NCBI GenBank assembly: GCA_029762535.1
Contig: JARVGK010000002.1
Span: 64,001-128,000, forward strand
From: Thermoplasmatota archaeon
Lineage (GTDB): Archaea > Thermoplasmatota > Penumbrarchaeia > Penumbrarchaeales > Penumbrarchaeaceae
Direction: 5' to 3'
DNA: 64,000 nt
Made by a program: the position numbers and the translations under genes. How positions within the stretch are numbered: position 1 is the first letter of the stretch; each line of letters starts with the position of its first letter. Below, one piece after another: positions 20,134 through 28,928 of this stretch. A model generated the notes under the pieces. That model did no database searches. It was not told the DNA's origin and worked only from the letters and a program-made list of their open reading frames with translations.

Positions 20134-21542
20134 TCATATAATCTCCCAGCGTCCTTCCTTTCGACCGCCCGTGCGTCTGAGCAAACCATCGGATTGCAGT
20201 TTTTGGATGTTTCGTTCTATTGATCGTTCAGTAACTCCTATAAGAGAAGCCAGTTCAGGAATTGTTATTGTGTCGTTCTTTTCGATCTCCTGCAATATCT
20301 TTCCTGACGTTTTTCCAACGCTTTCCCGACGCTTTCTCTGGCGATTCCTGTATATAAAAGCGGAATCGCGGTAGTGAATACCGGTCCATCCATATACTTT
20401 GGAACGCCGTCGGGCGTGTAATGAGGTAGATACTTCCCGATATTCATCATCCCGGATCCAATTTCTTCCACCCAGCTCAGTTGTGCAAAGAACTTTGCAA
20501 TAACGGGATTCTTGGAGAAGGGCACCACTTTTTCGGGGTCAAGGACTCCCTCGACCCTGTAGTTGCTTGCGTTAGTGGTTTCTACACGATCTTTGTAAAT
20601 TATCAATCGGGCTGGATGGGCGTTCATGTATTCGCGATGCACCAGAAAATTAGCAATAACTTCCCGGAATATCTTATCGCGTAGACTTATCCTAGCGTCT
20701 CCTTCCAGGTAAAATGGGTCTGGAAGATGTTTGGCAATAAAGGCCATGAGCCGGTCGTATGCTTCAATGAGATTGCAATCTATACGGTCGCGGTCGTCAT
20801 AATGGTCCATCTGAACCCGGCGAACCATGGCATCGATCTTGTAATGAGGTAAAACACTCCGTATGGTCTCGTCTTTTCCCAGTAGCAGGATGGCAGCAAG
20901 GGTATAGCCCTCATTCCCGGTTTCCTGATCCTTTCTGAAAAGCCCGGCCTTGAGCAACAGCTGCTCATCGTCCAATTCTCTCCACGGATGATTCGGTCCA
21001 CGGGTTAATATGAGATTACGAAGCCTGGGCAGCATGTCCAAACGCAAATCGTCAAGAGTTGTGGCAGAATAAATTATGTTCTCGGTGTATGTCGCCCGCT
21101 TCCGGTTACTAATCTCCGCGATCCGGTGGGGCTGGGTCACACGGAAATCGCCATCATTGCTTCGGTCGAAGACAACACCGTTGGTTTTATGCACCTAGGA
21201 ACTAGCAGGCACTGAAATATGCATGATCTTCTTTCCATCAAGAACATGTATAACGGGATGGAGGATGAACGGCGGATCCAGCTTTTGAGTATTATTGGAA
21301 AGATTGACCATATCTGTTTTCATCTTATCGATGGATTGCGGATCGATTCCCAATACCCTTCCTTGATCATCAACTCCGAGAAGAATGTCTCCTCCGTCCC
21401 GGTTCAGCATTGCACATATTGTTTCGAATAAACTCGTGGGAAGAGATTTTCTTGCTTCCTTGTATTCTACCCGGATACCCTCGCCCATTGCAAGCAGATG
21501 TTTAAGGCGAATTTGCATCGGGTCACTTTGCATTTTTCTCAT
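20134..21542 (-). pseudogene. Schlafen/AlbA_2 + HATPase_c_4 + wHTH protein with in-frame TAG and C-terminal frameshift
   Basis: VPASS*VHKT with TAG at 21195-21197; IFREVIANFLVHREY; the HTH ILQEIEKNDTITIPELASLIGVTERSIERNIQKL...RWEII lies in another frame ending at 20134. Confidence 0.85.
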
Positions 21543-21672
21543 CCTCTTTCATCTGTTCTTCCATCATGATCTCGAACTGTCTTGATATGAGCCAACCTTT
21601 CCTTTTACAGTAATCTCTGTATTTATTATAGAGATTTTCATCGAACCTTAAAGTAACGTTCTTTGAAGGCAT
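21523..21672 (-). CDS. Small RHH/CopG-like protein (49 aa), cassette leader gene copy 2
   Basis: Manual translation MPSKNVTLRFDENLYNKYRDYCKRKGWLISRQFEIMMEEQMKEDEKNAK. Confidence 0.85.
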   Translation of the reverse strand: MPSKNVTLRFDENLYNKYRDYCKRKGWLISRQFEIMMEEQMKEDEKNAK

Positions 21673-21916
21673 TTTAATCACTCACTGCACATACTTACAA
21701 ATGCATATAAATGCATCATTTTTGTTATATGACACCCCCCCCACGCCCGTTGAGCAAGAAAAATTTGGGTGAGCGGAGCGAACCATTTAACCGGTGTTAT
21801 ACTGGGTTGCGAAGCAATCTGGCACATGTCGTTATTCTCTTTTCGTGTGGGTTAAACGAAGGCGGCAGGAATAGATGATTTTCGCTTGTCTGGCCAATGC
21901 CGGGAGACGAAAAATT

Positions 21917-22016
21917 TCATTTAACGGACGCGACTATGCGAAGTTGCGTAGCGAAGCGGAGCAATTTGGGTCGAGCGAAGTGCAACGAGCGAGCCGTATA
22001 GTCGCGAGTTATCCGA
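21917..22016. repeat. attC-like hairpin
   Basis: ttAAC-gga-CGCGACTATGC-gaagtt...aatttgggt...gcc-GTATAGTCGCG-a-GTTat. Confidence 0.9.
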
Positions 22017-22060
22017 TCCGAGCTATGCGAGGATGAGCATCTTTGATGCGAACGTCGGGT

Positions 22061-22483
22061 TCAGTGGTTTTTATTAGCTATATTAAAGAGTTCTTTCGTC
22101 GAGAATCTCTTTAATTTGTCCTGTCTATCAAAATCCTTATCTTCAGTCCATATCCCACTTGCCTTAACCGCCAAACCTAAAGCTAGAAAGGGCGTATCTT
22201 TAATATCGATATCTTTCATGATTTCTTCAGCGAGTTCAAGATGATCTATGAATACATCCGATGGAATCAATTCGATTCTCTCGAGAATTGATAATAATAT
22301 GATGTCAAATTCTCTATCGGTTAACTTTGATTTTTCGATTAGGTAATGTCGATATTTTTCTATCTCTGTTATTACGTAATCTGGAGCAATAAAATTGAAC
22401 TCCTCATTGAAGATGATCTTTCTTGTTTGTGAATCTTTGATCAATCCAGCCATGATTCTATTTGAATCTATGACCATCTTCAT
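22061..22483 (-). CDS. PIN-domain (VapC-like) toxin
   Basis: VIDSNRIMAGL, EIEKY, DIKDTPFLAL, IWTEDKDF. Confidence 0.9.
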   Translation of the reverse strand: MKMVIDSNRIMAGLIKDSQTRKIIFNEEFNFIAPDYVITEIEKYRHYLIEKSKLTDREFDIILLSILERIELIPSDVFIDHLELAEEIMKDIDIKDTPFLALGLAVKASGIWTEDKDFDRQDKLKRFSTKELFNIANKNH

Positions 22484-22713
22484 GCGGATTGCTTCCTTTT
22501 GTAATGTTTGTAGATGCCTTCTTTGACCTTTTCATCGAGAGCCATGACTTCTTCTTCAGTCAGTTCGCTCTCTTGAGTCAAAGAGTCAAGCAATGCCAAC
22601 TTCTTTGCATAATCGGATATTGCCCTTCTAGCAATCTCGCTCCATCTGATCTCGCTGTGTTGTTTCATGATCACATGAATATCTGAAGGTACCGATAGGG
22701 TTATGTTGGGCAT
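22480..22713 (-). CDS. RHH-type antitoxin (VapB-like)
   Basis: MPNITLSVP...EIRWSEIARRAI; ATGA-coupled to the PIN gene. Confidence 0.8.
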   Translation of the reverse strand: MPNITLSVPSDIHVIMKQHSEIRWSEIARRAISDYAKKLALLDSLTQESELTEEEVMALDEKVKEGIYKHYKRKQSA

Positions 22714-22730
22714 ATGATTACCACACAGGC

Positions 22731-22755
22731 ATATGTGATATCACATATTTATTAA
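22731..22755 (-). promoter_or_regulatory. TA promoter: TATA-like box plus perfect 18-bp palindromic operator
   Basis: atatgtgatatcacatat (22731-22748) is self-complementary and abuts TTAATAAA on the minus strand upstream of the antitoxin ATG. Confidence 0.7.
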
Positions 22756-22779
22756 TTGCCGTAACCACTGAACCCGATG

Positions 22780-22879
22780 TCGGATAACGGACGCGACTAT
22801 GCGAAGTTGCGTAGCGAAGCGGAGCAATTTGGGTCGAGCGAAGTGCAACGAGCGAGCCGTATGAGCGCGAGTTAAGTTC
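22780..22879. repeat. attC-like hairpin
   Basis: Identical to the 21917 site from taacggacgcg through gagccgtat; ends in GTTaagttc. Confidence 0.9.
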
Positions 22880-22972
22880 CCCGAGCCGAAGTTATCCGTA
22901 AGGATAACGTAGGCGAGAGCGCAGCGTGGTCCGGAGTTATCGAAGATAACGACGGAAGTTGACCAGGATCAA

Positions 22973-23143
22973 TTAAGAAAACAATATCAAATATACAATG
23001 AATATCAGTATTATACTAAGGAGAATATAAAAGGGAATACTCTTGCCTTTTTTTGCTAAATAGATTAATAACCCTATAATAGCAAGGATAAATGAAAGAA
23101 GACAACATCCCGGAATTAATAAAAAATATGTTGGCATTCCCAT
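22973..23143 (-). CDS. Small two-TM membrane protein (56 aa), single-gene cassette
   Basis: Manual translation MGMPTYFLLIPGCCLLSFILAIIGLLIYLAKKGKSIPFYILLSIILIFIVYLILFS; AGGAG SD 7 nt upstream; fills the cassette exactly. Confidence 0.75.
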   Translation of the reverse strand: MGMPTYFLLIPGCCLLSFILAIIGLLIYLAKKGKSIPFYILLSIILIFIVYLILFS

Positions 23144-23174
23144 TAATATTCTCCTGTAAAAATGCTGGTCAATT

Positions 23175-23274
23175 GAACTTAACGGACGCGACTATGCGAA
23201 GTTTGCGAACGTAGTGAGCAAATTTGGGTGAGGGGCGGGCCGAGCCCCGAACCGCATAGTGGCGTGTTATTCGC
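23175..23274. repeat. attC-like hairpin
   Basis: ttAAC-gga-cgcgACTATGC-gaagtt...aatttgggt...aacc-GCATAGTggcg-t-GTTat. Confidence 0.9.
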
Positions 23275-23344
23275 CCCGAGCCGTAGGCGAGAGCGCAGCG
23301 TGGTCCGAAGTTATCCGAAGGATAACGAAGGAAGTTGAGGGGGT

Positions 23345-23743
23345 CTAATGCCCGGATAAGAATTCGGAAGATTGAATGATCCTCACGCTATCATATTGCT
23401 TGATCTTCAGTAAATGATTATCTCCCGAAATGATATATTCAGCCTTTCCTAAAATTGCTGTTTCCAAGACCATGTTATCCTTTGGATCATCTTCGATGAC
23501 ATATAGAGAATCTGTTATGAAAACGAGATCAGACATCAAGATCAAACTTTGAATGAAAGCATGGATCTTATCATCCGGGACATGGAACTTTTTTCGAAGA
23601 ACCATCTCAGTTTCTGAAAGAATCTGTTCGGAGGTGACAGATCTTATTTTTCCTGACTTGCATCTTGTCAATAATGACCTTTCATTCCCATTCCAGAAAA
23701 AGCCAGAGATGAGAATGTTCGAATCAAGGACTATCCGGACCAA
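23345..23743 (-). CDS. PIN-domain toxin (PIN_3 type)
   Basis: IVLDSNILISG, DDPKDNMVLETA, YIISGDNHLL. Confidence 0.9.
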   Translation of the reverse strand: MVRIVLDSNILISGFFWNGNERSLLTRCKSGKIRSVTSEQILSETEMVLRKKFHVPDDKIHAFIQSLILMSDLVFITDSLYVIEDDPKDNMVLETAILGKAEYIISGDNHLLKIKQYDSVRIIQSSEFLSGH

Positions 23744-23746
23744 AGA

Positions 23747-24013
23747 TCAATTCTCCTTGGATCTGATTTCCTTTATTGCTTTAAGTACATCTGATTTCTT
23801 TAACATCTTCTCCTTGGCGAAATCACTTCCCCAATGGAGAAGATTTTGGAAATCCTCATCGGTGGGGATGTCGATCTTTTTCAGGACTATCGTTTCGTTC
23901 TCTCCATACATGGCAAAGAACTCACCGGGTTTGAATCCGAGGAGTTCGCGAAGGTCTTTCGGTATCACGATCTGCCCTTTGGAGGAGAGCCTTGTGATGG
24001 TTACTTCGGACAT
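23747..24013 (-). CDS. AbrB/MazE/SpoVT family antitoxin
   Basis: TRLSSKGQIVIPKDLRELLGFKPGE; inverted repeat agtaaga-cca-tcttact (24021-24037) just upstream of the ATG. Confidence 0.9.
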   Translation of the reverse strand: MSEVTITRLSSKGQIVIPKDLRELLGFKPGEFFAMYGENETIVLKKIDIPTDEDFQNLLHWGSDFAKEKMLKKSDVLKAIKEIRSKEN

Positions 24014-24087
24014 GGTAATAAGTAAGACCATCTTACTATTTCATTTTTTCGGGTACTTGTAGACGATCACATTAAACCCCCGAAATT

Positions 24088-24182
24088 GCGAATAACGTCC
24101 TGGGGATATGGGAAGTTGGCCGAAGGCCAATTTGGGTGAAGGGTCTGCAAGACCCGTAACCTCATATCCCCATGTTATCTTC
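24088..24182. repeat. attC-like hairpin
   Basis: atAAC-gtcc-TGGGGATATG-ggaagtt...aatttgggt...aacct-CATATCCCCA-t-GTTat. The stem sequence differs from other copies but still pairs. Confidence 0.9.
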
Positions 24183-24322
24183 CCCGAGCGATAGCGAGAG
24201 TGCAACGGGGTCGAGGCACGAAGTGCCGAAGAAGTTTGAAACCCTGCCGTAAATTCCGTTGTTGCCGTAGTTTTTTCTTACTCTATTCATCGTTCACGTT
24301 CTCCGTGGGGGTGTTCCGTTTA

Positions 24323-26920
24323 TCATGCTTTCAACTCTAATTTTTCATTAAATGCTCCAATGAAATTTGTTTTCAGATCTTCATTGTAGAATGGAAGCCC
24401 GATAATTTTGTATTTCGTATTTTCTGCCAGTATCTCGATTTGATAATTTCCTTCAATGTTTGTTAGGAATTGCTGTTTCCAGTCATCTTTTTCAAGTAAG
24501 TGACTTCCTTTCGGTTCGATGAAAACCTGGTAATAGAGAATTTGTTTGGTTTTTTTCTCTTTTAAGAATAGGACAAAATCTGGTTCAAGAGAATTTCCAT
24601 CTGAAAAGCGATAAAGCTGGAAAATTTTCTGGTTTCTAAGTAGATATATATCTGAATATCTTTTTTGTAATTTATCAATTGCATCGTTTATGAATCTTAC
24701 AAAGTATTTCTCTTCTGATGTTCCATAATTTTCTTCATATACATACCAGTCCTTGTTTTTTAGGTCTAATCGTAAATCTAGTTTTAGAGTTTCACTCATC
24801 CCAATACCGATTTCTTTGTCAGATGTGTCATTTACTGCGATATTGATTATTTTGTCTTCTACTAAATCTTTAATTTTGCTTGCTTTGAATAATATAGTCC
24901 CGACATATTCAGTATAACCAGATTCGATATTGCTTTGAAGTTTCTTCAAAACCTCTGTACATATTTCCAGTTTATCATCACAATTGAGTGAATCTAATTT
25001 TGTAATTGAAGTCGTTACCTCTACCTGAACATCTTTTAAAGCTTCAATGAACTTGCTGATAGATTTTGATTTAGGGAAATATTTTTTCAGGTTATTAAAT
25101 TTGTAAAAATCCAACCTGGTTAGAGATTTTCGCATAATTTGAATTCCGAAGTCGTTCAGTTTAAAAATCTTTGATCTTTTCTCTTCAACATCTTTCTTCT
25201 TTTCCCCGTTGAATATAGTAGAATCTCTAACATATCCTGTTCTGAGACCAATTTTATACAATTTATCGATGTCCAAATCTGATATATCCTTGATTTTAGT
25301 TCTATCTGATTTTTTCTTTTCGTTGATGAATATCAGGCCATTAGACCAAAAATCTGATTTCTTAAACCCATCTTTGACTTTCAAATGGATTTCTCGCTTT
25401 TCCGGTGGCATGATGCCAGATTCCACCAAAGCTGTAGTCAATTCTTGAATGTATCTTGGGTTATGGGCACTGTGGTAATAAAGCTCTTCAAGAATTTTCA
25501 ACTCGTTGTTTGGTTCCTCATCGTATTTTCTCTTGAATCGCTCCTGTTCATCTGTTATTGTGAAAGGAAAATATCTAGCGCCTCTCCCGATAAGTTGGGC
25601 TTCTGCGATGGTCGTTTTACCAGGCTTCCCTGCTTTTGCATCTCTAGTATCATAAAGTCTTACAATGTCAAATAGATTGAGAACATCCCAACCTTCGTTA
25701 AGCATACCGACTGCAAAAACAACCCGAATTTCGTTATCTTTATCCTCAAGCGAATTAACTAGTAACTGTTTCTTTTCACTCTCACTTTTAGAATTGACTG
25801 ATAAACACTTATTCTCATGAAATTCTTCTTTAATCTCTGATACCAAATTCTCCAATGTAATGTCATTTTCTTCAAAATAATTAAAAGCCGTATTAAGAAT
25901 CGATTTTTGTTCAACATTGTTTTTTATTTTTGATATGTCGCTAATTTTCAAGGATTTGATCTTTTTCTTAAATTCATCTTCAATAGTGGTAGATTCATCA
26001 ATGGTTCTGGATTTCAACAGGATTACTGGCTTAATAAATTTCTTATGCTTTTCTGCAATCTTTCGTCTATATTGACTTAGGATGACTGACTGTAATGTCC
26101 TTTCTATTGGCTTTAAATCTGCCTCCATCACTTTGACTTCCTTTGAATACCCGTCTAATCTAAACTGTTTTAATGAGTAATCATAGATTATTTTACTATC
26201 GTATTTATCTCTAATTGCTGGATGACTCAAATCAACGGTGGCGGTATACTCCAGCATGATATTTCCCAGGTTTGAATTGAAGATATTATTTACGGTATGT
26301 TCCCAGGTAGTTTTGGCTAATTTTTCTTCCTTACCCAATTTATTCTTTGTCCAAGCATTGATATGGTGGGCTTCATCGGAAATGATTACGATTTTTTTAT
26401 CCTTGAAGTCCTCGTAAGTCATGCTGTTCTCGCGCGGGGTATTCATGAAACAGTGAAGCCCCTGGATTGTGGTAAAATGGATATTGATCGCATCAGGGTT
26501 AGCACCCTCGAAATTTTCTACCGGACTAATGAAAACCTCTTTTTCTCCAAATTTTATGTGTTCGTTGAACAGATATTTTGATGAAAGTAGATTTAAGAAA
26601 TTATCTTTAGTCTTTTCTATGATGTTGGTACTATTCACAAAGAAAAGAAAATTCCGATAACCTTTCTCATAAAGATAGAGAATATTGGCGGCCATCAATA
26701 ATGTTTTTCCGCTTCCAGTGGCCATGTGAAACAGCAATTGCGTTGGTTTGATTCTCCTTTTATCTTTTTCATAATTATAAATGAATCTGCGTATAGCTTC
26801 CAGTTGATATTCTCTCAATTCAAACAAATGATTCAGATTATTTGTAATATTGTCTGGAATCTCAGTACCCAGCAAGCCCTGTTCTGAAAGAACATCATAC
26901 GTTTCCTTCAAAGTGGGCAT
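24323..26920 (-). CDS. res: Type III restriction enzyme Res subunit (DEAD/DEAH helicase + PD-(D/E)xK)
   Basis: HMATGSGKT, SDEAHH, LNEGWDVLNLFDIVRL, QLIGRGARYFPF, EPDF...IEPKG. Confidence 0.9.
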   Translation of the reverse strand: MPTLKETYDVLSEQGLLGTEIPDNITNNLNHLFELREYQLEAIRRFIYNYEKDKRRIKPTQLLFHMATGSGKTLLMAANILYLYEKGYRNFLFFVNSTNIIEKTKDNFLNLLSSKYLFNEHIKFGEKEVFISPVENFEGANPDAINIHFTTIQGLHCFMNTPRENSMTYEDFKDKKIVIISDEAHHINAWTKNKLGKEEKLAKTTWEHTVNNIFNSNLGNIMLEYTATVDLSHPAIRDKYDSKIIYDYSLKQFRLDGYSKEVKVMEADLKPIERTLQSVILSQYRRKIAEKHKKFIKPVILLKSRTIDESTTIEDEFKKKIKSLKISDISKIKNNVEQKSILNTAFNYFEENDITLENLVSEIKEEFHENKCLSVNSKSESEKKQLLVNSLEDKDNEIRVVFAVGMLNEGWDVLNLFDIVRLYDTRDAKAGKPGKTTIAEAQLIGRGARYFPFTITDEQERFKRKYDEEPNNELKILEELYYHSAHNPRYIQELTTALVESGIMPPEKREIHLKVKDGFKKSDFWSNGLIFINEKKKSDRTKIKDISDLDIDKLYKIGLRTGYVRDSTIFNGEKKKDVEEKRSKIFKLNDFGIQIMRKSLTRLDFYKFNNLKKYFPKSKSISKFIEALKDVQVEVTTSITKLDSLNCDDKLEICTEVLKKLQSNIESGYTEYVGTILFKASKIKDLVEDKIINIAVNDTSDKEIGIGMSETLKLDLRLDLKNKDWYVYEENYGTSEEKYFVRFINDAIDKLQKRYSDIYLLRNQKIFQLYRFSDGNSLEPDFVLFLKEKKTKQILYYQVFIEPKGSHLLEKDDWKQQFLTNIEGNYQIEILAENTKYKIIGLPFYNEDLKTNFIGAFNEKLELKA

Positions 26921-26921
26921 G

Positions 26922-28928
26922 TTATAACACTCCGTAGAAGCGTTTGTTTATTTCTTTGTCCTCGTCTGATACGCCATAATCCTCGTCATCAATTTCGTTG
27001 AAATTAACATAAAGCTGATTTTTATCCAGACACTCAATTAGGAATGCCTTTTGGTTCTCCAAGTCCAAGTCCTTGAAATCTTGAGCATTTTCATCGAATT
27101 GCTTCGGATCTATTCTGTAACTAAGGAAAGCTTCTTTTTTCATCTTATCCCATATTGCCAATAAATCTTTTATTGTCTTTGCTTCTTGAATTTTATCCAT
27201 ATAGGATTCATTCCATTTCATCAGTTCACAATAAATAAATTCACCACCACCTTCCCACTTTACATATTTTGAGATACCAGATTGATCATAATTTTCAATT
27301 TTCTCTATTAATTTACCCTTTGAGTTTGCATTTCCGATAACATTTTTTAATCTCATAAGCGAATCATTTTTACCATAATCCAATTGTTCTATGCCGAGAT
27401 ATTTTCTACCCAACTTATGCGCAACTGCACATGTTGTACCACTACCTAAGAAGAAATCCAAAACAATATCTCCCTTATCAGTTCCCATTTCAATTATTCT
27501 CCTTAAAAGTTTTTCTGGTTTTTTACCACGTTTTAATTTAACATTACCTTCATTAGCAATTCCTTCCCAAGGTATATCCGTCCATATATTTGATAATAAA
27601 TTTGTTGGAACGAGATTACCATCAATGTTTCTAACCTTGTTATTATAAAAAGTAATTTCTTTTCCATTTAAGATATATCTATCAGTTAAATTATCTCTTC
27701 GATTAACAAATACTTTATCCAGATTCTTCAAAGATTCTTCCTTTATGTCTAATGTTTCCTTTCCAGCATCAATGTTTATTTCTGTAAATCGAAAGACTCT
27801 TTCCTTATTATTCAAGGCATAGTCCGCTAATTCAGATAAAGTACGATTTGTTCCTAATTCTTTTTTTAAATATCGACTATTTTTAACCTTAAACTTTTCC
27901 GCAATAATATCTTTAATATTTGAATAAGTCCAATTTGATGGGTTTTCTTCAATATTGTCTATCTGAAATGAATAATTTTCATCATAATTAGTTTCTTCGT
28001 ATTGAGTGATGTACTTCCACAACTTTTTAGACTTTGCATAAATTAATATATATTCGGCACTTTCAAAAACTCCCAAATTTACAGTTTTAAAACCAGACGG
28101 AGATCGAGTTTTTATACTAATAAGATTAATGAAATTATTATCAAATATTTCATCTAGTAATATTCTTAATCTGGATACATGAATGTCGCTAATTTGAATG
28201 AAAATGGCCCCATCCTTACATAGTAATTCTCGTGCAATTTCTAATCTGTTTTTCATAAATGTAAGCCATGTTGAGTAGTTAAAACTATCATTATACTGAA
28301 ACTCATCATTCCCTGTATTGTAGGGAGGGTCAATGTAAATTAATTTAATTTTTCCAGCATATCTTTTTTTCAATGAATGCAAAGCAAGGAGATTATTACC
28401 TTTAATCATGATATTATCTGTTGTTTTAATTTCTTCTATGTTATGCTCTCCTTTTGCATCAATCCGTTTTAAACCAGTCAATACTTTAGGATCGAATAAT
28501 CTGTCAATCTCATCAGGAGCAAGAATTTCATTCCAAAATATTTCTTTGCGATTTTTTTCTTCGGGATCTTCCATTCCGCCTTCCAAAACGCAATCTTTGT
28601 ATGGCCAGGATAGAACCACTTCACTACTTTTTGTTAGGTATTCGTTTTGTGTTGTAAGTCCAATCTTGTTTTTGAAAGTGGTGTACGAATCTGGTAAGAA
28701 TTCTTTGTTATCAACGAATTTCATGAATTTTTCTTTGTCAAAAATGATTGCTTTATTTACAATTTTAAAGAAATGCACTTTTAATTTTTCGTTTTCAAGA
28801 AGGAGGGAAATCAGCTCATCATCGAGTTTAAGACCAAGTTCGATTATTTTATTTTTCAATAATTTATCATCTGAAACTAAACGTTCATCCTTTTTTAATG
28901 TGTCAATCATTTCATCAATTAACGTCAT
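26922..28928 (-). CDS. mod: Type III R-M DNA methyltransferase (Mod, N6-adenine)
   Basis: IKGNNL, IYIDPPYNTGND, KKPEKLLRRII, VLDFFLGSGTT. Confidence 0.95.
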   Translation of the reverse strand: MTLIDEMIDTLKKDERLVSDDKLLKNKIIELGLKLDDELISLLLENEKLKVHFFKIVNKAIIFDKEKFMKFVDNKEFLPDSYTTFKNKIGLTTQNEYLTKSSEVVLSWPYKDCVLEGGMEDPEEKNRKEIFWNEILAPDEIDRLFDPKVLTGLKRIDAKGEHNIEEIKTTDNIMIKGNNLLALHSLKKRYAGKIKLIYIDPPYNTGNDEFQYNDSFNYSTWLTFMKNRLEIARELLCKDGAIFIQISDIHVSRLRILLDEIFDNNFINLISIKTRSPSGFKTVNLGVFESAEYILIYAKSKKLWKYITQYEETNYDENYSFQIDNIEENPSNWTYSNIKDIIAEKFKVKNSRYLKKELGTNRTLSELADYALNNKERVFRFTEINIDAGKETLDIKEESLKNLDKVFVNRRDNLTDRYILNGKEITFYNNKVRNIDGNLVPTNLLSNIWTDIPWEGIANEGNVKLKRGKKPEKLLRRIIEMGTDKGDIVLDFFLGSGTTCAVAHKLGRKYLGIEQLDYGKNDSLMRLKNVIGNANSKGKLIEKIENYDQSGISKYVKWEGGGEFIYCELMKWNESYMDKIQEAKTIKDLLAIWDKMKKEAFLSYRIDPKQFDENAQDFKDLDLENQKAFLIECLDKNQLYVNFNEIDDEDYGVSDEDKEINKRFYGVL

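Noticed and set aside
19945-20223. ORFs overlapping att/linker DNA (19945-20223, 32058-32258, 17840-18085)
   Set aside because: They run through structured repeat DNA or antisense to a pseudogene tail and have no protein-like features.
19194-21197. Firm call of pyrrolysine or stop-codon recoding
   Set aside because: The second gene also has a frameshift, other genes here end normally in TAG (e.g. 23345, 46400), and no pyl genes are in the window. Kept only as an alternative.
21990-22870. gagccgtat as group II intron domain V
   Set aside because: The rest of domain V/VI is absent, the motif is just the start of the att stem arm, and no reverse transcriptase is encoded.
21917-24182. Closely spaced repeats as a CRISPR array
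   Set aside because: The repeats are ~100 bp and variable in sequence, the intervals are whole genes of 0.3-7.8 kb, and no cas genes are present.
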